Shown: in pieces, positions 14,771 to 24,591 of the stretch
Layout of the letters: each line of letters starts with the position of its first letter
Position numbering within the stretch: the stretch's first letter is position 1
Assembly: GCA_964430735.1 (NCBI GenBank)
Contig: CAYSFB010000006.1
Coordinates: 76,089 to 140,088, forward strand
Length of the DNA stretch: 64,000 nt
Reading direction: 5' to 3'
From: an uncultured Planctomycetia bacterium
GTDB lineage: Bacteria > Omnitrophota > Gorgyraeia > 2-02-FULL-51-18 > JAGOUK01
Notes under the pieces: model-generated
What the model was told of the DNA's origin: nothing
The model's database searches: none
Seen by the model: the letters and a program-made list of their open reading frames with translations, nothing else
Position numbers and translations under genes: made by a program

Positions 14771-17071
14771 ATGAGCCAGGATCTTCTGACCCCCCGGTCG
14801 TCCAAAAGAGAGAAGTACAAGCCCCAGAGGTCCGTGCTTGCGGCGGATCGGTGGATGAATCATTTCATCAAAATAGGGGGGCTTGGAGTCATTGCGGCGG
14901 TTTGCGGAATCTTTCTTTTCATCGCCTCCCAGATTGCCCCGCTGTTCGGTTCTGCCAAGGTTCAGGAGCTCTCCAAGCATCCAATCGCAATCCCGGCGGA
15001 AGCGGGCTCGGTCGCCGCAATCGCTATCGACGAATGGTCCGAAAGCCCGGTCTTCGTCACGGACTCCGGCCGCATTTTTATCTACGCCCTTCCGGAAAAA
15101 AAGCTCGCAGAAGCCGACACCGGCTTTTTGAACGGCCGCCGTCCGACCGCCATCGACTATAACCAGGAGCGACAGGACGTCATCTTTGGTTTTGAAGACG
15201 GACAGTTCGAGAAGATCGCGGTCCGGTTCGAGCCCGAGTATGACTCCGGTAAACGCGTCGTGGCCGCCAAGCTCGCCGCATCGGGCATTTTTCCGATCAC
15301 ATCTACTGCGGAAAAGATCCTTTCCATCAATTGGGGCGAGCCGGATCCGCGGACACGGATCGCTGTCGCGGTGACCGAAGCCGATGGACAGCGCTTCTTG
15401 AGGGCCTTGCCGATGGAGCAGGGCCGCACGCTGCTGGGCCCTGGACCGCTCAAGGCGCTGGAGCCGATCGATCTCACCGCGCAGGCGCCGGAAGGGCTGG
15501 AACGTGTCCGGATCAACCGCCGCGGCGACACGATTCTGGCGATCGGAGCCGGAGGCGAAGTCCGGTTTTTTTACTTCAACGGCAAAACCGTCGTTTTGAA
15601 GCAAACCTTCGTTCCGTTCGAGAAAGAAAATGACAAGCGCATCGCAGCCGCGGATTTTTTGCTCGGCGACGTTTCGGCGGTCTTCACGTCGGCGGCCGGC
15701 GAAAATCGGGTGTTCAGTCTTTTCCGTCCGGAAGGCCAGGAGACGCGGCTTTTTGGCCAGACCAAGCACTTTCCCAGGATTGAAGGGTCCGGATTTTTGT
15801 ACGCACCCTCCCTTCGTAACAAGGGGTTCCTGGCCGCTTCCGACAAGCAGGTGTCGCTTCGCTACGCGACGACCGAAACGGTTCGCTGGAACGGCCATCC
15901 GGACTTCAAGGTCACGCAGGTGCGGTTAAGCGGCAAATATGACCGGATTCTGTTGCTGGACGACAGCAACACATTGCATGTGATGGGATTGGACGACCCG
16001 CATCCCGAGGCCGGATGGAAGGCGTTTTTTGGAAAAGTCTGGTACGAAGGGTATTCGCAGCCGGAATACTCGTGGCAGTCGACCGGGGCGACGGACGAGT
16101 TCGAAGCCAAGTTGTCGCTGGTGCCGCTCATCCTCGGAAGCCTCAAAGGCACTTTTTACGCCATGCTCTTTGCGCTTCCGATCGCGTTGCTGGCCGCGCT
16201 CTACACGTCCCAATTCGCCAGCCCATTCGTCAAATCGGTCGTCAAGCCCATGATGGAGATCATGGCCTCGCTTCCTTCGGTGGTGCTGGGCTTTTTGGCC
16301 GCGTTATGGCTGGCGCCGCTCATCGAGCATTGCGTGCCGGCTCTAATCCTCATCACCCTGGCGCTGCCTGCCGCCGCCCTGCTGTTTGGATACATCTGGT
16401 CCAAACTTCCGCGTTCGGCCACTCTCTGGGCGAAGCCCGGCTATGAATTCATCCTGCTGCTTCCGATCCTGTTCGCGGTTGGGGCCCTCATGTGGCAGCT
16501 GGGGCCCTGGATCGAATCCGTGCTTTTTATCGTCAAAGACCCCGTTTCCGGAACCCAGATCGCGGACTTTCGCCTCTGGTGGCCGCAGGTCACCGGCGCA
16601 CCGTTTGAACAGCGCAATTCTCTCGTCGTCGGATTCGTGATGGGATTTGCGGTCATCCCGATCATTTTTACGATCACCGAGGATGCGCTCACCAACGTCG
16701 CGCCGTCGCTGCGCTCGGCGTCGCTTGCGCTGGGCGCCAGCCGCTGGCAGACCGCCTGGCGCATCATGATCCCGACCGCCTCGGCCGGAATCCTCTCGGC
16801 GGTGATGATCGGCTTCGGCCGCGCGGTGGGCGAGACGATGATCGTCGTCATGGCGACGGGCAACACGCCCATCATGGACTTCAATATCTTTTCGGGCATG
16901 CGGACATTGTCGGCCAATATCGCCGTCGAGCTGCCCGAAGCGCCTCACCACAGCACGCTGTACCGGACGCTCTTTTTGGGCGCGCTGGTTCTCTTTATGA
17001 TGACCTTCGCCGTCAACACCCTGGCCGAACTTTTGCGCGAACGCCTGCGGCAGCGTTACAAGACGGTGTAG
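14771..17071 (+). CDS. pstC: Phosphate ABC transporter permease PstC with about 450-aa N-terminal extra domain
   Basis: C-terminal about 300 aa is a canonical PstC permease (EAA-loop region ...VGETMIVVMATGN); N-terminal half preceded by one TM. Confidence 0.85.
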   Translation: MSQDLLTPRSSKREKYKPQRSVLAADRWMNHFIKIGGLGVIAAVCGIFLFIASQIAPLFGSAKVQELSKHPIAIPAEAGSVAAIAIDEWSESPVFVTDSGRIFIYALPEKKLAEADTGFLNGRRPTAIDYNQERQDVIFGFEDGQFEKIAVRFEPEYDSGKRVVAAKLAASGIFPITSTAEKILSINWGEPDPRTRIAVAVTEADGQRFLRALPMEQGRTLLGPGPLKALEPIDLTAQAPEGLERVRINRRGDTILAIGAGGEVRFFYFNGKTVVLKQTFVPFEKENDKRIAAADFLLGDVSAVFTSAAGENRVFSLFRPEGQETRLFGQTKHFPRIEGSGFLYAPSLRNKGFLAASDKQVSLRYATTETVRWNGHPDFKVTQVRLSGKYDRILLLDDSNTLHVMGLDDPHPEAGWKAFFGKVWYEGYSQPEYSWQSTGATDEFEAKLSLVPLILGSLKGTFYAMLFALPIALLAALYTSQFASPFVKSVVKPMMEIMASLPSVVLGFLAALWLAPLIEHCVPALILITLALPAAALLFGYIWSKLPRSATLWAKPGYEFILLLPILFAVGALMWQLGPWIESVLFIVKDPVSGTQIADFRLWWPQVTGAPFEQRNSLVVGFVMGFAVIPIIFTITEDALTNVAPSLRSASLALGASRWQTAWRIMIPTASAGILSAVMIGFGRAVGETMIVVMATGNTPIMDFNIFSGMRTLSANIAVELPEAPHHSTLYRTLFLGALVLFMMTFAVNTLAELLRERLRQRYKTV

Positions 17072-17075
17072 CGCG

Positions 17076-18767
17076 ATGCCTCTAATCGAAAAAACCCCCC
17101 CAAAGGTCCGTTCGTCGCACGGCGAACCGCTCGTGTGGCTGAGTTCGGTCGGCCTGTCGGTCGGCCTGCTCATGGTGGCGGCGCTTTTGGTCGTGGTTCT
17201 GACGAACGGACTGAACGTGTTCTGGCCCAAGCGGGTTGCCGAAGTAACGCTGAAGGCCGGTTCCGCGGAACGGGTGGGCGGCTCGCAGACTTTTTCCGGC
17301 ATCGTCACGAAGCATCAAAAAAAGATTACGCACACCGAAGCGGAAGCCTACGAGTGGCAGTTCTATATCGGCAACAAGGACTTTTATGGACTCGGCTACA
17401 AATATGTCGACCATGCCGATATCGCATCGATGGAGTACCCGGCCGACCTCTTGATCATCGAGCGGGTCGAGTATGGTAATGCGGTCGCCCGGGCCCTAGC
17501 GCTGCGATTGGCGGACGGGACGGAGATCCCGGCATCAGACCCGTCGTTCAACGACCGGCTTGCGGACCGCTTGCGGGAAACGGAGAATTCCAGGAGCCGG
17601 ATTTATCACATCGAAAAAAAGCAGATCGGGAAGGTGAACGCCCGGATGCGACAGCTGGTGCTCAAGAAGCAGGAGCTCGAAAAAGCCGTTGCCGTGCTCG
17701 GAAGGGCGGACCGGAGGGAGCCGGAGCTTGCGCATGAACGCGAAGCGATCGAGCATGAAGAAAAAGCGCTGCAGGCGGAATATGAGAAGCTCGCTTCGGA
17801 AGCGCGGGTGATGCGCGAAAAGCAGAACGCCTCGTTCTTGCGGTACCGGCTTTCGTCCGGGCAGGAAAAAGAACTTCCGATGGGCCAGGTGGTGGACTTC
17901 TACTATCCCAATCAGTTGTCGCTCCACGAGCGGGTGCGGCACTTCGGAACGGCGTTCTGGCGGTTTTTGACCGAGGAGCCGCGCGAGGCGAACACCGAGG
18001 GCGGAATTTTTCCGGCGATTTTCGGCACGTTCGTCATGACGCTGCTCATGAGCCTGGCCGTGACGCCGTTCGGCGTGATCGCGGCGATTTACCTGCGCGA
18101 ATACGCGAAGCAGGGGATGTGGGTCCGGATGGTGCGCATCGCGGTCAACAACCTCGCCGGCGTGCCGTCGATCGTCTTCGGCGTGTTCGGACTCGGGTTT
18201 TTTGTGTACTTCGTCGGCGGATCGATCGACAAGGTTTTTTACAGCTCCGCGCTGCCGACCCCGACGTTCGGGACGGGCGGCGTGCTCTGGGCGGCGTTGA
18301 CGCTCGCGCTCATGACCGTCCCGGTCGTGATCGTCGCCACCGAAGAATCGCTTGCCGCCGTGCCCCGCGGCGTGCGCGAGGGATCGCTCGCCTGCGGAGC
18401 ATCCAAATGGCAGACGATCCGCCGCGTGGTGTTGCCGGCCGCGGCTCCGGGGATCATGACGGGATTCATCCTGTCCATGGCACGCGGGGCGGGAGAAGTC
18501 GCTCCGCTCATGATGGTCGGCGTCGTCAAACTGGCGCCCACGCTTCCGCTGGATCTGACGTTTCCGTTCATCCACTTCGAACGCAAGTTCATGCACCTGG
18601 GCTTCCACATTTACGATCTGGGCTTCCAGTCCCCGGACTCCGAAGCGGCCAAGCCCATGGTGTTCGCGACCACGCTCGTCCTCATTCTTCTGATTTTGGC
18701 GCTCAATTTGACCGCTGTCCGGATCCGCCAGAACTTGAGGAAAAAATATGCCCTCTCAGCTGTATAA
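17076..18767 (+). CDS. pstA: Phosphate ABC transporter permease PstA with large inserted loop domain incl. coiled coil
   Basis: PstA permease core (IFPAIFGT..., [12 protein letters not shown]) with about 250-aa insertion after TM1. Confidence 0.85.
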   Translation: MPLIEKTPPKVRSSHGEPLVWLSSVGLSVGLLMVAALLVVVLTNGLNVFWPKRVAEVTLKAGSAERVGGSQTFSGIVTKHQKKITHTEAEAYEWQFYIGNKDFYGLGYKYVDHADIASMEYPADLLIIERVEYGNAVARALALRLADGTEIPASDPSFNDRLADRLRETENSRSRIYHIEKKQIGKVNARMRQLVLKKQELEKAVAVLGRADRREPELAHEREAIEHEEKALQAEYEKLASEARVMREKQNASFLRYRLSSGQEKELPMGQVVDFYYPNQLSLHERVRHFGTAFWRFLTEEPREANTEGGIFPAIFGTFVMTLLMSLAVTPFGVIAAIYLREYAKQGMWVRMVRIAVNNLAGVPSIVFGVFGLGFFVYFVGGSIDKVFYSSALPTPTFGTGGVLWAALTLALMTVPVVIVATEESLAAVPRGVREGSLACGASKWQTIRRVVLPAAAPGIMTGFILSMARGAGEVAPLMMVGVVKLAPTLPLDLTFPFIHFERKFMHLGFHIYDLGFQSPDSEAAKPMVFATTLVLILLILALNLTAVRIRQNLRKKYALSAV

Positions 18768-19635
18768 TGACGAGGAACGCACCATGACGGACACCCGAAC
18801 CGGCCCCCATATCCACGCGGAAGCTCCCCGGACCAAGGGGCAGGCGCACGACGCTTTTTCGAAGGCGGATGCCTCGCCCGACGTCGCGCTCATCCAGGTC
18901 CGCAACTACAACTTCTTCTACGGCAAACAGCAGGCGCTGTTCGACATCTCGCTCGACATCCCCGAGCGCAAAGTCACGGCCTTCATCGGGCCTTCCGGCT
19001 GCGGCAAATCGACCATCCTGCGCAGCTTCAACCGGATGAACGACCTGATCGAAGGCATTCATCACGAAGGCGACATCCTCATCGGCGGACAGAGCATTTA
19101 CGACCCGCAGCTGGAAGTCATCGGCCTCCGGCGCCGCGTCGGGATGGTCTTCCAGAAGTCGAACCCTTTTCCCAAGTCGATCTACGAGAACATCGTCTAC
19201 GGACTGCGTGTCGCGGGCGAAAACCGCAAGTCCGTGCTCGACGACGTCGTCGAGCGGAGTCTCAAGTCTTCGGCGCTGTGGGATGAGGTCAAGGACCGGC
19301 TGCACGCGAGCGCGCTGGCGCTTTCCGGCGGGCAGATGCAGCGGCTCTGCATCGCGCGCGCGATCGCGAACGAGCCGGACGTCCTGCTCATGGACGAACC
19401 CTGCTCGGCCCTGGACCCGATCGCGACGGCCAAGATCGAAGAGCTCATTTATCAGCTGAAGCGCGACTTCACGATCGTGATCGTCACGCACAACATGCAG
19501 CAGGCTGCGCGCGTCTCGGACAAAACCGCCTTTTTCTATCTCGGCAAGCTCATTGAGTTCAGCGGAACCAAGGCCATGTTCATCAGTCCCGAGAAGAAGC
19601 AGACCGAAGACTACATCACCGGGCGCTTCGGATAA
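18748..19635 (+). CDS. pstB: Phosphate ABC transporter ATP-binding protein PstB (alternative start 18784)
   Basis: Walker [13 protein letters not shown] signature LSGGQMQRL, Walker B LLMDEP. Confidence 0.9.
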   Translation: MPSQLYNDEERTMTDTRTGPHIHAEAPRTKGQAHDAFSKADASPDVALIQVRNYNFFYGKQQALFDISLDIPERKVTAFIGPSGCGKSTILRSFNRMNDLIEGIHHEGDILIGGQSIYDPQLEVIGLRRRVGMVFQKSNPFPKSIYENIVYGLRVAGENRKSVLDDVVERSLKSSALWDEVKDRLHASALALSGGQMQRLCIARAIANEPDVLLMDEPCSALDPIATAKIEELIYQLKRDFTIVIVTHNMQQAARVSDKTAFFYLGKLIEFSGTKAMFISPEKKQTEDYITGRFG

Positions 19636-19666
19636 GCGGCGAACCGCACAGGAAAGGCAACCCAGT

Positions 19667-20353
19667 ATGACACGGCATTTTCATGAAGAAATCCAGGACC
19701 TGAAGCAGCACCTGCTCCGCATGGCCATCCTCGTCGAAGAAGGCATCCGCAAGGCCACCGAGGCGCTGGTGGAGCGGAACATCGAGAAGGCGCAGGAAGT
19801 GATCCGCCGCGAGCAGGACGTCAACCACGCGGAGATCCAGGTCGACGAGATCGGCCACAGCCTGCTCGCGCTCGACCAGCCGGTCGCGGTCGATTTGCGG
19901 CGCCTCATCATGATCCTCAAGATCAACACCGACCTCGAGCGCATGGGCGACCACGCGGTGAACATCGCCCAGCGGGCGATCCGCGCCGTCAAAGAACCCT
20001 CGTACCCGATCGACCCGCTCATCCCGAAAATGGCCAATGCGTCCAGCATGATGCTCAAGAACGCCCTCGACGCGTTCATCCATGAGGACGTCGAAATGGC
20101 CAACGCGGTGCTGGCGTCGGACGACGAAGTCGATTTGTACGGCGATCAGATTTACGAAAAGTACCGCGCGCTCATGGAAAGCGAAGCCAACGCCGTGCCG
20201 TTCGGCGTCGACATGATCATGGTCGGCTACAACCTCGAACGCGTCGCGGATCTGGCGTCCAACATCGCCGAAGACACGATTTACATCAAGCAGGGCCGCG
20301 AAGTCCGGCACCATCATCACCAGACCGGCGACTGGAAGCCCGCCGACAAATAA
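19667..20353 (+). CDS. phoU: Phosphate transport system regulator PhoU
   Basis: Two PhoU repeats (ERMGDHAVNIAQ; ERVADLASNIAED); ATG at 19667 inside longer frame. Confidence 0.85.
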   Translation: MTRHFHEEIQDLKQHLLRMAILVEEGIRKATEALVERNIEKAQEVIRREQDVNHAEIQVDEIGHSLLALDQPVAVDLRRLIMILKINTDLERMGDHAVNIAQRAIRAVKEPSYPIDPLIPKMANASSMMLKNALDAFIHEDVEMANAVLASDDEVDLYGDQIYEKYRALMESEANAVPFGVDMIMVGYNLERVADLASNIAEDTIYIKQGREVRHHHHQTGDWKPADK

Positions 20354-20366
20354 GGCCTGCCCGCCG

Positions 20367-20780
20367 GTGAAGCGAAGGATTCTCATCCTCTGCACCGGCA
20401 ACTCCTGCCGGTCTCAAATGGCCGAGGGAGTTTTGAGGCATTACGGCGCAGAGAAGTTCGAGGTCGAGAGCGCCGGCACCAAACCCTCGCACGTGAATCC
20501 CACCGCCGTTCAAGTCATGCGCGAAATCGGCATCGATCTGAGCGGCCATCGGTCCAAACACGTCGATGAGTTCAGGGGAAAAGCCTTCGATCTCGTCATC
20601 TCCGTCTGCGACCACGCCAAAGAATCCTGCCCTGCGTATTTCGGCACCGCCGAAAAACTCCATTGGCCCTTTCCCGACCCCCCGCATGACCAGGCAGTCA
20701 CTCCCGAAGTCCTCACCCGCTTCCGCCAAGTCCGCGACCTCATCGTAGAAAAATTCAAAAAACTCGCCCTTCAGGGTTAA
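20367..20780 (+). CDS. arsC: Arsenate reductase ArsC (thioredoxin-coupled LMW-PTP family) / low-MW protein-tyrosine phosphatase
   Basis: CTGNSCRSQMAEG CX5R P-loop, DLVISVCDHAKESCP; GTG start. Confidence 0.7.
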   Translation: MKRRILILCTGNSCRSQMAEGVLRHYGAEKFEVESAGTKPSHVNPTAVQVMREIGIDLSGHRSKHVDEFRGKAFDLVISVCDHAKESCPAYFGTAEKLHWPFPDPPHDQAVTPEVLTRFRQVRDLIVEKFKKLALQG

Positions 20781-20902
20781 CCCCCTGGTTTTTGCAAAAA
20801 GAGGTGCAAGCGCCCGCGGCGAGTTATCGCGGCGCATCGCCGCGATCTGTCTGAGCCGCAGTGCGTCTCTTTTCAGCAAGAATCCGAGAGAGTGAGTCCC
20901 GG

Positions 20903-22182
20903 CTAAAAGAGCTTTTTAAGTTTTTCGGAGAGATCGCCGAGCTTGATGCCGGCTTTGGATTCGAGGGTCTGGAGGGCCTGGGAGCCGAGGTCGTCCTTGA
21001 CCAAGTTCCACAGAGTTGTTTCGAAGCCGTTCATGGAAGGCTTGTCGGGGTCGCCGGTGATGTTGAAGCTGAGCTCGAGCTCTTTGCGGCGGTTGAGCGC
21101 GTCGACCACGAGCGATGCCGGCACCGGCCCGAGCTTGGCGTTGCCTTTGAGGATCATCTGGTAATCTTCGAGTTTAAGCTGGTTATGGGAATCCACCGCT
21201 TCGGCCGAAAGTTCCGACCGGCAATCGAGCGTGAGGTAGCCGCGCTCAAACGCCACGGGGCTCGACTCTTCGTACAGGGGCTTGAGCGGCGCCAGGTCGA
21301 GATTTTTGGTCACCAGCCGCGAACGGATGCGGCCGGCCGACCGGTCGACGTCCAGATCGAAACTGCCTTCACGTCCCGTTTTGAGCCGCCCGGACGCGCC
21401 GACGGATTCAAAGTCGAAGCTGCCGGAACGGCGCATCACGAACGACGCGAGGTGGAGCTTGAGGTCTTCGAGCGGGGGCAGGGTTCCGGCTTTGTCGGAC
21501 AGCACGAGCCGCCCGCCATTGATCCGGATGGATCCGATGCGGAACGTGACATCCTGGGGCGAGCTGAAATCCACGATCCGTCCGCGGGGCTCTTCCCGGA
21601 CGCTCACGATTTTGGGGCTCTTCTTGGGGCCGTCGCCCGATTTGCGGACCCACTTCTTGGCTTTGTCGTAAGCATCGCCGAACCAGTCGGTTTGTCCGGT
21701 CTGCTGCTTGAACCAGTCTTTGACACCGGAAGTCCAGCCTTCGGCCTGTCCCGCGTCCGAATCTTTTTTGACCAGCCGCTCGATGTTGAAATCGCCCTGA
21801 GCGTTTTTGACCAGCACCAATTCCACCTGCTTGAAGCTCAGGTTGCCGAGAAAGACCCTGCCGGCCAGGAGGGCGACCGGGTCGAGCGTCGCGCGGAACG
21901 AATCGGCCAGGAACATGCGGCGGGACGGATCTTCCGGATCCGCCGCCTCGATGGTCCGCGCGGTCAGCGTGAGCAGGACCGGATGAAGCCGCAGCTGGTC
22001 GATGCCGATTTTGGCATTCGTGTGGCGGTTCACCGTCCGGACGGCCCAATCCGTCATGAACGGCGAAAGACCGTACGCCACGGCCAGATCGCAGACGGTG
22101 AGAACCGCCGCCAGGAGCGCAATGCCTTTGAGGTTCAGGAGGCCGCGCACGGTTATTTGCCCCACCGGTCGGCGAACCATTT
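20903..22182 (-). CDS. AsmA-like / DUF748-family envelope protein
   Basis: N-terminal TM then IDQLRLHPVLLTLTARTIEAADP... repeat-rich beta region typical of AsmA/TamB-like proteins; start set at MVRRPVGQ (upstream part of the long ORF overlaps DUF2062 gene and is GC-noise). Confidence 0.5.
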
Positions 22183-22668
22183 GACGAGCGACAGGCCCTG
22201 AAGTCCTTTGACCAGGTTCCAACGCCCGACCTTTTCGGCCATCGAAGCCCGGTAGGCGTATACGGCCCACATCACGCCGATGAACAGGGGAATGCCGGCC
22301 GCAAGGGCCAGCGCCATGCCGCCGAGCACCAGCGTGTGATCGAAGCGGAGCAGCGCGAGGACGGGCGCATGCGTGACGAAAGACCATGCGGCCTGCGGGA
22401 CGGGGGAAGCCGTGAGCAGATAGTAGCCGGTCTGATCGGCGACTTTCCAAAGACCGAGCAGGTAGATGAGCTTGGCGATCGGGTAGACGAGCATGGCGGC
22501 GGCGCGGTTGATCTTGAGGAAGAAAAATAAGAGCACGAGAATGATCAGATGCGTCTGATCGGACGGAGTGAATCCAAAAAAAAGCCCGAGCACAGCGCCC
22601 AGCGCGATCTGACGCGGGTCGGTGTTGGATTGGAGCAGCCGGGCGAGCCGGATCACTTGGTTGATCAT
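22153..22668 (-). CDS. DUF2062-family membrane protein
   Basis: RLARLLQSNTDPRQIALGAVLGLFFGFTPS...NPIT-like profile of DUF2062; 3' end overlaps AsmA-like start. Confidence 0.65.
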   Translation of the reverse strand: MINQVIRLARLLQSNTDPRQIALGAVLGLFFGFTPSDQTHLIILVLLFFFLKINRAAAMLVYPIAKLIYLLGLWKVADQTGYYLLTASPVPQAAWSFVTHAPVLALLRFDHTLVLGGMALALAAGIPLFIGVMWAVYAYRASMAEKVGRWNLVKGLQGLSLVKWFADRWGK

Positions 22669-22956
22669 CGCGGCAATTATAGCATGGCGTCGTTCGTGCG
22701 CCGATCAGCTTCCCGTCCGCATTCGAGATTTTTGCAGTCTTCAGCAAGAGAGGAGATTTTTATAAAAAGTGGATTCGAACTACTTATAAATCAGCATAAA
22801 TGGAGCATCAGGACCATAATTAGCGAATTTTAAAGGCATAAGTGGAGCATCATATCCAAATCAAAACTATACGCAAGTAACTCAAAGTTATCAAAAGTAA
22901 TCAATCATTAACATAAAATGCTTGATATTTTAAAAAAGGACAGGTATCGTAGGCTC
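22669..22956. promoter_or_regulatory. AT-rich divergent intergenic region with twin 15-nt motif ATAArTGGAGCATCA (42-bp spacing)
   Basis: Strikingly low GC vs genome; motif copies at 22796-22810 and 22838-22852. Confidence 0.3.
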
Positions 22957-23472
22957 ATGAGCCAGAATTCGAGAGGATGGATCGTCCGCGCGATGCTCGC
23001 AGCCGTGATATCGGCCGCTTCCGGATCCGTATGCCATGCGGCCGATGAAGATTCGGCCGTCGCGCGGAATTTGTACAACCGTCCGCTCACGTATCGTGAA
23101 ACTCCGCCCGGATACCGGAACAAACCCATTCAATACACTCCCGAGCCCCGGGGCTTCCGCGACAATCCGCTCAATTGGTCGTTGCAGCCGATCGGCTATC
23201 GCGAAAAGCCTATTCCGCAGCTGGACGAGCCGCGGAACGGACAGGAGAATCCTTTTAATTTTGTATCCCGCGATTCGATCCCCGTGGCGAATCTGGACGA
23301 GGCGCTCAAGACGCCGCGTGATCAGCACATCGTCGCCAATTCGGATCCCGACCTCCGGATCTCGACCACCGGCGCCGAAGAGACCATGCTGCAGGGCGAC
23401 GTCGAACCCCGCAACCCCGGCTACAAGGGCATCAATCCGCCCAGCAAGGCACGGCTGCAGAACTTCCAATAG
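22957..23472 (+). CDS. Secreted proline-rich repeat protein (hypothetical)
   Basis: Signal peptide ...AASGSVCHA; degenerate repeats of P-x-GYR-x-KP-I/P. Confidence 0.5.
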   Translation: MSQNSRGWIVRAMLAAVISAASGSVCHAADEDSAVARNLYNRPLTYRETPPGYRNKPIQYTPEPRGFRDNPLNWSLQPIGYREKPIPQLDEPRNGQENPFNFVSRDSIPVANLDEALKTPRDQHIVANSDPDLRISTTGAEETMLQGDVEPRNPGYKGINPPSKARLQNFQ

Positions 23473-23525
23473 CGGTACGGAACTTTTTTCCCCGCCCGCC
23501 CGGAAAATCCCGAAGCTGTGGCATA

Positions 23526-24107
23526 ATGCACGCGGACAAAATCATGACACAAACCCCTTCGACCGTGAGCGACAAGAATCTGGTGTGGATGGACCTGGAA
23601 ATGACGGGTCTGGATCCCGAAAAGGAACGCATCATCGAGATTGCGACCATCATCACCGACAGCGATTTGAATATCGTCGCCGAGGGGCCGGACCTAGTGG
23701 TGCATCAACCGGCCAAGCTTCTGAAGGCCATGGACGCGTGGAATCAGAATCAGCATTCCAAGTCGGGCCTCATCGAAAAAGTCAAAGCGTCCAAGATCGA
23801 CGAAGAAGAGGCGGAACGCCGCACCCTGGAATTCATCAGCCAATACGTCGGGCCCAAGGCGTCTCCGCTGTGCGGCAATTCCATTCACCACGATCGCCGC
23901 TTTTTGATCAAGTACATGCCCAAACTCAACGAACATTTGCATTACCGGCACGTCGACGTCACGACCGTCAAAGCGCTCGTGCAGCGTTGGTACAAGTCCA
24001 ACCGGCAGTACATGCAGAAAAAAGAAAAGCACCGCGCTCTGAACGACGTCAAAGAGTCGATCGCGGAACTCAAGTATCTGAGGGAGCATTATTTTGTTAA
24101 ACGGTGA
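23526..24107 (+). CDS. orn: Oligoribonuclease (DEDDh 3'-5' exonuclease)
   Basis: LVWMDLEMTGLDPEKERIIEIA..., GNSIHHDRRFL, H-Y...D motif. Confidence 0.9.
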   Translation: MHADKIMTQTPSTVSDKNLVWMDLEMTGLDPEKERIIEIATIITDSDLNIVAEGPDLVVHQPAKLLKAMDAWNQNQHSKSGLIEKVKASKIDEEEAERRTLEFISQYVGPKASPLCGNSIHHDRRFLIKYMPKLNEHLHYRHVDVTTVKALVQRWYKSNRQYMQKKEKHRALNDVKESIAELKYLREHYFVKR

Positions 24108-24438
24108 AGTCCGTCCGTGGGGCAATTACCAGGTGCTCCACATCGAAAAAACGTTTCAGGTCAAACGCGTGGAAGTGAACCCGGGGCACCGGCTCAGCTA
24201 TCAGCTGCACCACCGCCGCGCTGAAAAGTGGACCATCACCACCGGCACCGGTCTCGTGACGCTCGATGACCGTGAAGTCGCGGTCGCTCCCGGTGCGGTC
24301 GTCGCCATTCCCGTGGGCACCAAGCACCGCATCCACAACAACGGCACCGTTCCGCTGATTTTCGTCGAAGTTCAACTCGGCGATTATTTCGGCGAGGACG
24401 ATATCGTTCGTTTTTCCGACGACTACCACCGCACCTAA
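24094..24438 (+). CDS. Cupin-domain protein (mannose-6-phosphate isomerase-like cupin 2)
   Basis: PWGNYQVL...VKRVEVNPGHRLSYQLHHRRAEKWTITTGTGLVTLDDREV...GTKHRIHN. Confidence 0.7.
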   Translation: MLNGEVRPWGNYQVLHIEKTFQVKRVEVNPGHRLSYQLHHRRAEKWTITTGTGLVTLDDREVAVAPGAVVAIPVGTKHRIHNNGTVPLIFVEVQLGDYFGEDDIVRFSDDYHRT

Positions 24439-24526
24439 ACGGCTCCCCGCCGTTTGAGATAAATTCAAATCTCCCTCGGCGAACCCCATATCTTGGGACA
24501 ATTGGGTCGGCTAACCACCACATATA

Positions 24527-24555
24527 TTGACTTTATATTCGTGCGGAGCTAGGAT
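24527..24555 (+). promoter_or_regulatory. Putative sigma70-type promoter (TTGACT-N17-TAGGAT) for gvpL/F-like gene
   Basis: -35 at 24527-24532, -10 at 24550-24555, SD GGAG before ATG 24592. Confidence 0.3.
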
Positions 24556-24591
24556 TGCGGAAATAGCATCCAACCTTGGAGAAAACTCCGC

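Noticed and set aside
19553-19666. Upstream extensions of ORFs for phoU (19553), pyrB (36106), carA (38289), pyrK (42522), pyrE (44903), SYLF (58431), DUF3309 (58082), crcB (61686)
   Set aside because: Extensions overlap the preceding genes and have junk composition; conserved N-termini and overlapping stop/start codons (ATGA/GTGA) indicate the downstream starts.
20815-20845. Palindrome ATCGCGGCG-cat-CGCCGCGAT between arsC-like and AsmA-like genes
   Set aside because: GC hairpin without flanking U/A tracts; cannot be supported as a terminator or anything more specific.
20903-22747. Full 614-aa ORF for the AsmA-like gene
   Set aside because: The first 189 codons are low-complexity Arg/Pro/Ala noise and overlap the convincingly coding DUF2062 gene in another frame; the real start is most likely MVRRPVGQ at 22180-22182.
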